Assembly: GCA_963701965.1 (NCBI GenBank)
Contig: OY969695.1
Coordinates: forward strand, 4,384,001 to 4,448,000
Length of the DNA: 64,000 nt
Source of the DNA: an uncultured Gemmatimonadales bacterium
GTDB taxonomy: Bacteria; Gemmatimonadota; Gemmatimonadetes; Gemmatimonadales; Gemmatimonadaceae
Reading direction: 5' to 3'
Shown here: piece by piece, positions 1-13,244 of the stretch
Position numbering within the stretch: the stretch's first letter is position 1
Layout of the letters: each line of letters starts with the position of its first letter
Notes under the pieces: model-generated
Told to the model about the DNA's origin: nothing
What the model saw: the letters and a program-made list of their open reading frames with translations, nothing else
The model's database searches: none
Program-made: the position numbers and the translations under genes

Positions 1-1
1 C

Positions 2-1805
2 TGGTCGATCGAAGAGCCGGCGCGTTTCTGGGATGCCGTGTGGCGATTCCACGGGGTGATCGGTGAGCGGCAGGCGCGCGTCGTCGCGGGCCTCGATCGC
101 ATGGCGCCGCCCGATCCCGATCTCGGCCCCCAATGGTTTCCGGGAGCCCGTCTCAATTTCGCCGAGAATCTCCTCCGGTACGACGACGCCCTTCCCGCGT
201 TGATCGCGTGGACGGAGGCCGGCCGCCGCTCGGTGATCTCCCATGCGGAACTGCGCGCCGAGGTCGCGGCCTGCGCCGCCGCGCTGCGCGCCGCCGGCGT
301 CGCGCCCGGCGATCGCGTCGCGGGCTTCCTGACGAATTGCCCCGAAGCGGTCATCGCCATGCTGGCGACGACGAGTCTCGGCGCGATCTGGTCGAGTTGT
401 TCTCCGGATTTCGGCGTCGCCGGTGTCATCGACCGCTTCGGACAGATCGAACCCGTCATCCTGTTCGCCATCGCCGAGTATCGCTACAACGGCAAGACCG
501 TCGACGCGCGGGCGCGCGTCGCCGAGTTGCGCGGCCAGCTGCCGAGCGTGCGCGAAACCGTCATGATCGAGACGTGGGACGCTTTTCTGGGGAAATATCG
601 CGGCCAGCCGCTCGGCCGCGAGCGGTGGGAGTTCGACCGTCCGGCGCTCATTCTCTACTCCTCGGGGACGACCGGACTCCCCAAGGGCATCGTGCACGGC
701 GCCGGTGGCACGTTGCTGCAGCACCTGAAAGAGCTGTCGCTGCACGTCGACGTGCGGCGGGACGACCGCGTGTTCTACTACACGACCACTGGTTGGATGA
801 TGTGGAACTGGTTGGTGAGCGCCTTGTCACTCGGGGCGACGGTCGTGCTCTACGATGGTGCCGCATTGCCGGCGGCGCGGCCGGCGGTGCTCTGGGATCT
901 GGCGGAACAGGAGGGGGTGACGGTGTTCGGCACCAGCGCCAAGTATCTCGCGTTGGCCGAGAAGTCCGGGCTGTCGCCGGCGCGCACCCACGATCTCTCG
1001 GCGGTGGCGACCATCCTCTCCACCGGGAGTCCGCTGGCTGCGCACAGCTTCGACTACGTGTACGATCGCGTCGCGCCCAATGTGTCGTCTGAGCAGCATC
1101 AGCGGCGGCGCCGACATCGTGTCGTGTTTTGCCCTGCGCAATCCCCTTGGCCCCGTCTGGCGCGGCGAGTTGCAGGCCCTTGGGCTGGGCATGGCCGTGT
1201 CGGTCTTCGACGAGCAGGGCCGCCCGACCGACGCCGACGGCGAGCTCGTCTGCACGATGCCGTTCCCGAGCATGCCCGTCGCCTTTTGGAAGGACCCCGG
1301 CGGCGCCCGGTATCAAGCCGCCTACTTCGACATGTTCCCCGGCGTGTGGCGCCACGGGGACTGGGCGCGCCGCTCTCCGCACGGCGGACTCGTCATCGAA
1401 GGCCGGAGCGACACCACGCTCAACCCTGGCGGGGTGCGCATCGGTACCGCGGAGATCTATCGCCAGGTGGAGCGATTTCCCGAAGTGGCCGAGAGCGTCA
1501 TCGTGGGACAGGATGTGGACACGGAGTCCGGACGCGACGTGCAGACGGTCCTCTTTGTCCGGCTCACGCCGGGGGAGCGGCTCGACGACGCGCTGCGCGA
1601 CCGCATCAAGGCGGCGATTCGCCAGAACGTGAGTCCCCATCACGTCCCGCGCGTCATCCGCGCGGTGCCCGACATTCCCCGCACCGTGAGCGGAAAGATC
1701 GCTGAGCTGGCGGTGCGCGACGTGCTGCACGGGCGGGCCGTCAAGAATATCGACGCACTCGCCAACCCGGAGTCGCTGGCGCACTTTGGCCCGGGCGATC
1801 GTTAG
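2..1805 (+). CDS. Acetoacetate-CoA ligase (acetoacetyl-CoA synthetase), 5'-truncated by the window edge, with a +1 frameshift near 1085
   Basis: Frame open from base 2 ([14 protein letters not shown]). Motifs [35 protein letters not shown] in ORF 38..1705. They continue in ORF 1080..1805 with [48 protein letters not shown]. Adjacent to hppD/hmgA. Confidence 0.9.
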
Positions 1806-1815
1806 ATTTTCTTGA

Positions 1816-2958
<1,143 letters not shown>

Positions 2959-2970
2959 GGGACAATTTCG

Positions 2971-4164
2971 ATGCCGATCTACCATACGCTCGGCCAGGTG
3001 CCGCGCAAACGGCACACCGTCTTTCGGAAACCCGACGGCGGCTTGTACGCCGAGGAGTTGATGGGCCACGAAGGTTTCGTGGGCACGTCGTCGCTCCTCT
3101 ATCACACCCATCCGCCCACGACGGTCAAGTCGGTGCGCCGGTTACGGGAGGTCTCGTATGAGCCCGATCCCGATGCCACGCTCCGCCATTGGCACTTCCT
3201 GACCTCGCGCGTCAGCCGCGGCGGCAGTCCCACGATGGATCGCATCCCGCTGCTGTTCAATCGTGACGTCGCGATGCTGTACGTGGAGCCCGACGAGCAA
3301 GATGCGCATTTCTATCGCAACGCCCAGGGCGACGAGCTGGTGTACGTCAGCAAGGGCTCGGGCGTGTTGGAGTCGGTGTACGGCGACCTCCCGTATCACG
3401 AGGGCGATTATCTCGTGATTCACCGTGGCATCCTCCACCGCTACAAGATCGACCTGGCGGCGGGACCGACCAAATTCCTCGTCATCGAGTCGCGCGGGCA
3501 CATCCGCTGGCCCAAGCGATACCGGAATGACGTCGGGCAGCTCATTGAGGGGGCGCCCTACTCGGAGCGGGACATTCGCCAGCCCGAGGCGCTGCGGCCG
3601 CACGATGAGATGGGAGATTTCCGGCTGCTGGTCAAGCAGTACAATGGCATCAACGAGATGATCCTCGATCACCATCCGTTCGACGTCGTCGGCTGGGATG
3701 GATACTTCTATCCTTGGGCGTTCAACATCCACGATTTCGAGCCCATCGTCGGACGTGTGCACCAGCCGCCCCCGGTGCACCAGACCTTCCAAGGCGATGG
3801 ATTCGTCGTGTGCTCGTTCTGTCCGCGGCCCTTCGACTTCGACCCGAACGCGGTGCCGGCGCCGTACAATCACTCCAACGTCGATTCCGACGAAGTGTTG
3901 TACTACGCGTCGAGTGAGTTCATGAGCCGGAAAGGCATCGAGTTCGGCAGCATTACCCACCATCCCAATGGCATCCCCCACGGACCGCATCCGGGGCGCA
4001 CCGAAGCGAGCATCGGCGCCAAATTCACGAACGAGTTGGCGGTGATGATGGACTCCTTTCGGCCGCTCAAGGTCGCCAAGGCGGCCACGACGATCGAAGA
4101 TCCGAATTACCAGCGGTCCTGGATCGAGGCGCAGCACGCGCAATTCAACCCGCCGACCAGTTAA
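2971..4164 (+). CDS. hmgA: Homogentisate 1,2-dioxygenase
   Basis: PRKRH..YAEELMG.EGF.G.SSLLYH, RNAQGDE, HPFDVVGWDG, HQPPPVH, PYNHSNVDSDEVLYY, HP.GIPHGP; follows hppD. Confidence 0.95.
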   Translation: MPIYHTLGQVPRKRHTVFRKPDGGLYAEELMGHEGFVGTSSLLYHTHPPTTVKSVRRLREVSYEPDPDATLRHWHFLTSRVSRGGSPTMDRIPLLFNRDVAMLYVEPDEQDAHFYRNAQGDELVYVSKGSGVLESVYGDLPYHEGDYLVIHRGILHRYKIDLAAGPTKFLVIESRGHIRWPKRYRNDVGQLIEGAPYSERDIRQPEALRPHDEMGDFRLLVKQYNGINEMILDHHPFDVVGWDGYFYPWAFNIHDFEPIVGRVHQPPPVHQTFQGDGFVVCSFCPRPFDFDPNAVPAPYNHSNVDSDEVLYYASSEFMSRKGIEFGSITHHPNGIPHGPHPGRTEASIGAKFTNELAVMMDSFRPLKVAKAATTIEDPNYQRSWIEAQHAQFNPPTS

Positions 4165-4166
4165 CC

Positions 4167-6315
<2,149 letters not shown>

Positions 6316-6324
<9 letters not shown>

Positions 6325-7431
6325 TTTGATCTCCGTCCAGATCTGATCCCACTCCGCGGTTTCCCGTCCGAGATCGACCTGGAGCTCGAGGCGGGCCAGC
6401 TCCGCGGGGGTGGGGTAGGGCACGGGATGCTGCATGAGCGCGAGCGCCGCGGCGTTGGGCGTCCCGTAGCCGGTGAAGTCGGAGATGTCGGCTTGCACGC
6501 GGGGTCGCAGGACGTAGTCGAGAAATGCGTGCGCCGCGCGCTTGTGGGGCGCCGAGCGGGGAATGACGACGGAGTCTTCCCAGATCGTCGTTCCCTCCTT
6601 GGGAACGATACACTCGATCGCCGGCTGCTCGACTTTGGCTTGGCTGGCATCGCCGTTCCACAGCTGGGCGATCCACACGTCGCCGGAGATGAGCTGGCCC
6701 TTGACCGGCGCCGAGATGTACGCCTTGAGATTGGCCTTCGCGGCGATGGCATCGCGTTTGGCCTGTCTGAGCTCGCCGGGATCGCGGGAGTTGAGCGAAT
6801 GCCCGCGATAGCGCAGCCACGAGCCGATGACGTCGCGACCGTCGTCCATCTGCGTCATTTTCTCGCGATACCGTCCGTCGAGCAGGACGCCCCAGCTATC
6901 GGGACGGTCGACCTTGTCCGAGCGATAGGCGAGCCCGGTAACGCCCCACTGCCACGGTACCGAGTGGGCGTTGTGGGGATCGAATGGCGGGTCGAGGAAG
7001 AGCGGCGCGATGTTGCCGAAGTTGGGCAAGTATTGCCGGTGGAGCGGGGCCGCGAGTCCCACCGCGATGAGCACGGTCACGGCGTACGTCGATGGGAACA
7101 CGAGGTCGTAGCCCGTGGCGCCCGTCAGCAGCTTGGCCAGCATCTCCTCGTTGCTCTCGTACACATCGTAGGAGACCCGCACGCCGAATTCCTTCTCGAA
7201 ATTCGACACCGTGTCGGGCGCCACGTAGTCCGACCAGTTGTAGATCGACAGCCGCGGTTCGATCGGACCCAGGGGCCGCGCCGCTTCCGCGGCGTCGGCG
7301 GCGGCCCGCTCCGCGGGCGAGCGCCCGTCGTCGAGCCGGCGACAAGCCGCGAGCAAGGACGGAATGGCACTGGCCGTGAATCCCAGCGCCAGCGCCCGGC
7401 GGACCGCGTCGCGGCGCGTGAGATCAGACAC
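6316..7431 (-). CDS. potD: Spermidine/putrescine ABC transporter substrate-binding protein, Tat-like lipoprotein signal
   Basis: IYNWSDY, YESNEEMLAKL, GYDLV.PS, PWQWG.TGLAY, PKEG..IWED; N-terminal TRRDAV...LAAC. Confidence 0.88.
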
Positions 7432-8212
7432 GGGTCCTGGCGTCTCCGCGCGTCAATCGCTCGGCGCAATACAGCAGCACCGACGTCGCGGCGACGATCA
7501 CCGCGCTGATGGCGTTGATGCTGGGCTCGACGTTCCGGCGGACCATGCTGTAGATGATGAGCGGCAAGGTGCTCGAGCCCGACCCGGCGACGAACGACGT
7601 GATCACGAAATCGTCGAACGACAGAATGAACGTCAAGAGCGCCGCGGCGACGATGCCCGGCCACAGCAACGGCACGGTGATGCGACGAAACGCCGTGATC
7701 TCGTCGGCGCCGAGGGTCATCGCCGCCTCCTCCAACGTCTCGTCCATGCCCGCGAGTCGCGCCATGACCACCACGACCACGAACGGAATGGAGAACGCGA
7801 CGTGCGCGATCGTGATCGTCAGGAGACCAAGGGGGACGCGCAGGAACACGAACAGGATGAGCAACGAGATCCCGGTGACAATCTCCGGCGTCACGATGGG
7901 GACGTAGACGAGCCCCTCGTAGAGCGTCCGGCCCCGGAACCGGCGCCGGGCCAGGGCCAGGGCGATGAGCGTCCCACAGACCACCGCGATCACGGTCGCC
8001 GAAACCCCTACCAGGAGGCTGGCGCGGAGCGCGGCGAGAATGTCCTCGCGTTCGATGAGACGCTGGTACCAGTGCCAGGTGAACCCCGTCCACGCGACCG
8101 AGAATTTGGATGCGTTGAACGAGAAGATGATGAGCACCAGCACGGGCAGGTGCATGAGGAAGAGCACCACGGCCGTGAATGCCGTGAGCCACCAGGGGAG
8201 ACGCCGCGTCAT
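7424..8212 (-). CDS. potC: Polyamine ABC transporter permease
   Basis: Start MTRRLPWW at 8212 (ATGA overlap with potB stop); FSFN, PEIVTG, EEAAMTLGA, SFDDF motifs. Confidence 0.88.
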   Translation of the reverse strand: MTRRLPWWLTAFTAVVLFLMHLPVLVLIIFSFNASKFSVAWTGFTWHWYQRLIEREDILAALRASLLVGVSATVIAVVCGTLIALALARRRFRGRTLYEGLVYVPIVTPEIVTGISLLILFVFLRVPLGLLTITIAHVAFSIPFVVVVVMARLAGMDETLEEAAMTLGADEITAFRRITVPLLWPGIVAAALLTFILSFDDFVITSFVAGSGSSTLPLIIYSMVRRNVEPSINAISAVIVAATSVLLYCAERLTRGDARTRV

Positions 8213-9078
8213 GCGGTCACGGATCGGGCGCGCAAGCGCAGGTAGACGAGTACCGCGGCCAGCACCAGCACCATGAGCGCGAGCGAGGCCGCCGAGCCGA
8301 ACGGCCAGTTGCGGGCCGTCGAGAATTGGTTCTGAACCAGATTCCCGACCAAGAGACCCTTGGCCCCACCCAGCAAGTCCGACGTGAGGAACGAACCCAG
8401 CGCCGGGATGAAGACGAGCAAGGAGCCGGCGATGAGCCCGGGCGCGGACAGGGGAAGGGTCACCCGCCGAAATCGCGCCGCCGGGCGCGCGCCCAGCACG
8501 TCGGCGGCTTCCAGGAGCGACGGGTCGACTTTTTCCAGCGACGCATACACCGGCAGGATCATGAACGGGAGGTACCCGTACACCAACCCCACGAACACGG
8601 CGAAGGGCGTATACAGCATCGCGATGGGTTCGTGGATCACGCCGGCAGCCATCAGCCAACTGTTGATCAGTCCTGTGTCGCGCATGAGGAAGATCATGGC
8701 GAACGTCCGCACGAGAAAGCTCGTCCAAAACGGCAGGACGACGAGAAACAGCAAAAGCCCCCGCCACTTCCCACTGCGCGCGATCGCGTACGCCACCGGA
8801 TAGCCGGTCAGCGCGCACAGCGCCGTGCACGATACCGCGATCACGAGCGTGCGCTCGAGGACCGTGAGGTACACCGGATGCAGAAAGCGCGCGTACGCTT
8901 CCAGGGTGAAACCGGGCTCGACGCCACCGTAGGTGCCCCGTGGCATGGCGCTGTAGGCGCCCATCACCAGCACGGGAATCACGAAGAATACCAGCATCCA
9001 CACGGTACCCGGCGCCAACAGCGCCCACGCTTCCGCTTCCGGTCGGCGCGTGAACCAGCGCAGCAGTCGCCGCCTCAC
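8209..9078 (-). CDS. potB: Polyamine ABC transporter permease
   Basis: LPFWTSFLVRT, YLPFMILPVY, EAADVLGA, RNWPFGSA. Confidence 0.88.
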   Translation of the reverse strand: MRRRLLRWFTRRPEAEAWALLAPGTVWMLVFFVIPVLVMGAYSAMPRGTYGGVEPGFTLEAYARFLHPVYLTVLERTLVIAVSCTALCALTGYPVAYAIARSGKWRGLLLFLVVLPFWTSFLVRTFAMIFLMRDTGLINSWLMAAGVIHEPIAMLYTPFAVFVGLVYGYLPFMILPVYASLEKVDPSLLEAADVLGARPAARFRRVTLPLSAPGLIAGSLLVFIPALGSFLTSDLLGGAKGLLVGNLVQNQFSTARNWPFGSAASLALMVLVLAAVLVYLRLRARSVTA

Positions 9079-10184
9079 TCATCCTCCAGGATCTGGCAAT
9101 CCTCCGGCTTCCAGGCGACGACCGCGTCGTCGCCCCGGCGCCAGGGCAGGGGATTGATCAGCTGGCCTTCGTTGCGGAGCGCGACGGTGATGTCCGTGGC
9201 GTGGGGGAGCGCGACGACCACGTGCATCGTCTCACCCAGGTAAATGACGTCCCGCACGGATCCGGCCAGGGCATTCTCGCCCGGAGGCACGGCGCCGGGT
9301 CGCACGAGATCGAGCCACTCGGGGCGGACGGCGATGCGGATCGTCTGACCCTGCGCCAAGCCGTTCATCGCCGGGACACGAAATCGAGTCCCGCCGGACC
9401 GCTCGACGTCCCACCATGCCTCGCTGCGGTCGGTAATGCGACCATCCAGAAAATTGGACTCCCCGATGAACTTGGCGACGAACGCCGTGCGGGGATTCTC
9501 GTAGACCTCGGCGGGAGTGCCGAGCTGCGCGACGCGACCGTTGGACATGACGGCGATACGGTCCGACATCGTCAGGGCTTCTTCCTGATCGTGGGTCACG
9601 TAGATGAACGTCGTCCCCAGCTGCTTGTTGAGCCCCTTGAGCTCGAGCTGCATCTCCTTGCGCAGTTGCAAGTCGATGGCGCCGAGGGGCTCATCCAGCA
9701 ACAGGATCGCGGGTTCGAGCACCAGCGCGCGGGCCAGGGCGACGCGTTGGCGTTGGCCCCCCGACAGCTGGGTGGGATTGCGGCGGGCGAAGGTCTCGGG
9801 CGCGAGCCGCACCAGGGAGAGCGCGGCCCGCACCCGATCGCCGATCTCGCTCTTCGGCGTGTGGCGCTGCTCCAGGCCGAAGGACACGTTGCGCTCGACC
9901 GTCAGGTGCGGGAACAGGGCGTAGTTCTGGAACACCATCGCCAGGGGCCGATCGTAGGGGCGCCGGTCGTTGACCACGGCACCCATGATCCGCACCTCGC
10001 CGTCGCCGTCGGGCGTCTCGAACCCCGCGATCAAACGCAAGGTCGTCGTCTTGCCGCACCCCGACGGTCCGAGGAGCGAGAAGAATTCGCCGCGCTCGAT
10101 CGCGAACGAGACATCGTGCACGGCCCGCGTGCCGGCGGTAAAGCTCTTGGAGACGCGGCGCAGCTCGACAACGAATTGGGCCAT
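9075..10184 (-). CDS. potA: Polyamine ABC transporter ATP-binding subunit
   Basis: GPSGCGKTT, VFQNYALFPH, LSGGQRQR, LLDEP, VTHDQEEA, C-terminal TOBE-like domain. Confidence 0.9.
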   Translation of the reverse strand: MAQFVVELRRVSKSFTAGTRAVHDVSFAIERGEFFSLLGPSGCGKTTTLRLIAGFETPDGDGEVRIMGAVVNDRRPYDRPLAMVFQNYALFPHLTVERNVSFGLEQRHTPKSEIGDRVRAALSLVRLAPETFARRNPTQLSGGQRQRVALARALVLEPAILLLDEPLGAIDLQLRKEMQLELKGLNKQLGTTFIYVTHDQEEALTMSDRIAVMSNGRVAQLGTPAEVYENPRTAFVAKFIGESNFLDGRITDRSEAWWDVERSGGTRFRVPAMNGLAQGQTIRIAVRPEWLDLVRPGAVPPGENALAGSVRDVIYLGETMHVVVALPHATDITVALRNEGQLINPLPWRRGDDAVVAWKPEDCQILEDE

Positions 10185-10198
10185 CAGTATGGTATAAG
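10185..10198. promoter_or_regulatory. Putative bidirectional -10 element in a 14-bp divergent gap (TATGGT on +, TACCAT on -)
   Basis: Only 14 bp between the divergent start codons of potA and the ALDH gene; AT-rich; overlapping TANNNT hexamers on both strands; no SD. Confidence 0.45.
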
Positions 10199-11650
10199 AT
10201 GCGCGTCTATCACATGTACATAAATGGCGAATTCGTCGATGCCGCCGATGGCACGACGTTGAACGTGTACGAGCCGGCCACCGAGGAGGTGATCGCCACG
10301 GTGCCGGCCGGGAAAGCGGTCGACGTCGACCGGGCGGTTGGCGCGGCCAAAACGGCCTTCTATCGCGTGTGGCGCGGGACCACGGCGCAGGAGCGCGGGC
10401 GCGTGTTGTTGCGCCTCGCCGAGCGGGTGCGGGCCCGGCGGAGCGAGTTGGCGGAGCTGGAGACGCGGAACTCCGGCAAGCCGATCGTCGAGGCCGAGTT
10501 GGATATGGACGACTCGGCGTCCTGCTTCGAGTACTATGGCGGCCTGGCGACGAAAATCCACGGCAATGTCATCCCGGTGCCCGCGCCCGCCCTGACGCTC
10601 GCGCTGCGCGAGCCGATGGGGGTGGCGGGGCAGATCATCCCCTGGAACTACCCGCTGGCTATGGCCGCCTGGAAATTGGGGCCGGCCATCGCCGCCGGCT
10701 GCACGGCGGTTATCAAGCCCGCGGAGCAAACGCCGCTGTCGCTGTTGGCGCTCGCCGAGGACTTCGAGGGCGTGGGGATCCCGCCGGGCGTCATCAATGT
10801 GGTCACGGGCGACGGGCCTGGGGCGGGGGCGCCCATCGTCAGGCACCGGGACGTGCGCAAGATCGCCTTTACCGGGAGCGCCGAGGTGGGGCGCACCATC
10901 ATGCGCGAGGCGGCCGAGTCCCTCAAGCGGGTGTCACTGGAATTGGGCGGGAAGTCGCCCAACATTTTTTTCAGCGACGCGGACTTCGAGGGCGCGGTCA
11001 ATGGCGCGCTCTTTGGCGTCTTCATCAATCAAGGGGAAGTGTGCTCGGCCGGCAGCCGGGTGCTGGTGCAGCGCGACATTTACAAGAAGTTCATCGAGGC
11101 CATGGCGGAGAAAGCCAAGACGATCACCGTGGGCAACGGACTCGATCGCCGCAACAAGATGGGGCCGCTGGTCAGCGCCGAGCAGCGTGATCGCGTGCGC
11201 GAGTATCTGGCGATCGGGGCCCGTGAGGGCAAGATCGCGGTTGGTGGCGGCGTACCCAAGCACGGCAAAGGGTGGTACGTCGAGCCGACGATCTTCTACG
11301 ACGTCGACAACAGTGCGCGCATTGCGCAGGAGGAGATCTTCGGGCCGGTCATGTCCGTCATCCCGTTCGCCGACGAGGCCGAGGCCATCCGCCTGGCCAA
11401 TGCCACGGAGTATGGGCTCGCGGCCGCGGTGTGGACCCGGGACATCTACAAGGCGTTTCGGGTCGTCAAGGAGCTGGAGGCGGGCGTGGTCTGGGTCAAC
11501 CACATGCAACCCACCATGATCGAGGCGCCATGGGGTGGGTACAAAGCCTCGGGCTTCGGCCGCGAGCTCGGGCACTGGGGCGTCGAGGCATACCTCGAGA
11601 CCAAGCAGGTCTACATCAATCTCGACGAACGGCCCATCGGCTGGTATTGA
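10199..11650 (+). CDS. NAD-dependent aldehyde dehydrogenase (aminobutyraldehyde/betaine-aldehyde dehydrogenase-like)
   Basis: IIPWNYP, KPAEQTP, FTGS, LELGGKSP, catalytic GEVCSAG, EEIFGPV; next to polyamine transporter. Confidence 0.92.
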   Translation: MRVYHMYINGEFVDAADGTTLNVYEPATEEVIATVPAGKAVDVDRAVGAAKTAFYRVWRGTTAQERGRVLLRLAERVRARRSELAELETRNSGKPIVEAELDMDDSASCFEYYGGLATKIHGNVIPVPAPALTLALREPMGVAGQIIPWNYPLAMAAWKLGPAIAAGCTAVIKPAEQTPLSLLALAEDFEGVGIPPGVINVVTGDGPGAGAPIVRHRDVRKIAFTGSAEVGRTIMREAAESLKRVSLELGGKSPNIFFSDADFEGAVNGALFGVFINQGEVCSAGSRVLVQRDIYKKFIEAMAEKAKTITVGNGLDRRNKMGPLVSAEQRDRVREYLAIGAREGKIAVGGGVPKHGKGWYVEPTIFYDVDNSARIAQEEIFGPVMSVIPFADEAEAIRLANATEYGLAAAVWTRDIYKAFRVVKELEAGVVWVNHMQPTMIEAPWGGYKASGFGRELGHWGVEAYLETKQVYINLDERPIGWY

Positions 11651-11808
11651 ACTCGCGCTGCGCGCTCGTCAATAGCCAACGCGCGCTTCGGCACGGCCAG
11701 CGACTCGCGCGATCGAGAGTCGGTGACTTCAGCCGACGTGCAGGCCCGGCGATCACCGCGTGGCGATCCCAGGCGGGTGATTACAGGCTGGCGATCGCTG
11801 GCGGGCGA

Positions 11809-13209
11809 TCAAAGGCCCATAGATACGTACTTCGTCTCCAGGAACGCCTCCATGCCTTCGGTGCCGCCTTCGCGCCCGAGGCCGGATTCCTTGTACCCAC
11901 CAAACGGCGCCTGCGCCACCGCGGGGAGCGCGTCGTTGAGCCCCACGATGCCATACTGGAGCCGCTCGGCCACGCGCCACGCGCGCCCCAGGTCGCGCGT
12001 ATACGCATACGCCGCCAGCCCAAACGGCCCACGGTTGGCGCGTTCCAGCACTTCGTCCTCGGACTCGAACACCGCGATCGGCGCCACGGGCCCAAACGTC
12101 TCCTCACGCATGACCAGCATGTCGTCGGCGACGTCCGTGAGGATCGTCGGCTCGAAGAAATAGCCTTGGTCCCGCCCGGCCGGCCTCTTTCCGCCAACCC
12201 GCACCGTCGCCCCCCGCGAGACGGCGTCGCGCACATGCCGCTCGACCTTCTCCAGGCCAGCCCCGTCGATGAGGGGCCCAACCTGGACACCAGCAGTCAT
12301 GCCGTCTCCCACCGTCAGCGCCGCCACCAACGGCCGAAACGCGTCAACAAACCGGTCCGCCACGGACGCGTGAACGTAGATGCGGTTCGCACACACGCAC
12401 GTCTGCCCGGCATTCCGGAACTTGGACGCAATGGCGCCTTTGGCCGCCGCCTCGATGTCCGCATCGCCGAACACGATGAACGGCGCATGGCCGCCCAACT
12501 CCAGGGACACGCGCTTGACCGACGCCGCCGCTTCTCGCATGAGGTGCTTGCCGACCTCGGTCGATCCCGTGAACGTGATCTTTCGTACGCCTGGATGCTC
12601 CAGCATCTCGCTGCCCACCGCCGCCGGATCACTGGTGGCGACGAGCGTGAGTACGCCGTCCGGTAAGCCCGCCGCGGCCAGGACCTCGGCAATGGCGATG
12701 GCCGTCAACGGCGTCTGCTCGGCAGGCTTGAGGACCACGGTGCACCCGGCGGCGATCGCGGGGCCGACCTTCCGGGTGACCATCGCCGCGGGAAAATTCC
12801 ACGGCGTGATGGCCGCGACGACGCCGATCGGCTGTTTGATCACCAACAGCCGCTTCGCCGCGTGCGACGATGGGATGGTCCGGCCGTACACCCGCTCGGC
12901 CTCGCCAGCGAACCAACCGAAGAAGCTCGCGGCATACGCAATCTCGCCGCGGGCTTCGGCCAGCGGCTTGCCGCCCTCCCGCGTCAGCGTCCGCGCCAAC
13001 GCGTCCGTGCGTTCGAGCATGAGCGCCTCCGCCCGCCGGAGGACGCGGGCCCGCTCGGGCGCCGGCACCGCGGCCCACCCTGGCCCCGCGGCTTCCGCCG
13101 TCTCGATCGCGCGCCGTGCATCCTCCCGTGTGGCGTCCGGCACATTGGCGATGTGCTCCCCGGTCGCGGGATTGTACACCGGGAACGTTCCGGTCAGCGT
13201 CTGAGTCAT
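11809..13209 (-). CDS. gabD: NAD(P)-dependent succinate-semialdehyde dehydrogenase
   Basis: ITPWNFPAAM..RK, FTGSTEVG, LELGGHAP, KFRNAGQTCVC, EETFGP, PFGG.KESGLGREG. Confidence 0.9.
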   Translation of the reverse strand: MTQTLTGTFPVYNPATGEHIANVPDATREDARRAIETAEAAGPGWAAVPAPERARVLRRAEALMLERTDALARTLTREGGKPLAEARGEIAYAASFFGWFAGEAERVYGRTIPSSHAAKRLLVIKQPIGVVAAITPWNFPAAMVTRKVGPAIAAGCTVVLKPAEQTPLTAIAIAEVLAAAGLPDGVLTLVATSDPAAVGSEMLEHPGVRKITFTGSTEVGKHLMREAAASVKRVSLELGGHAPFIVFGDADIEAAAKGAIASKFRNAGQTCVCANRIYVHASVADRFVDAFRPLVAALTVGDGMTAGVQVGPLIDGAGLEKVERHVRDAVSRGATVRVGGKRPAGRDQGYFFEPTILTDVADDMLVMREETFGPVAPIAVFESEDEVLERANRGPFGLAAYAYTRDLGRAWRVAERLQYGIVGLNDALPAVAQAPFGGYKESGLGREGGTEGMEAFLETKYVSMGL

Positions 13210-13244
13210 GTCTGAAAGCTAACGACCATTGTATAGTTGTAGCC

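Noticed and set aside
1080..1090. Programmed ribosomal frameshifting at the ligase, peptidase or tssC breaks
   Set aside because: No slippery sequences, and these families are not known to be recoded; sequencing error is simpler
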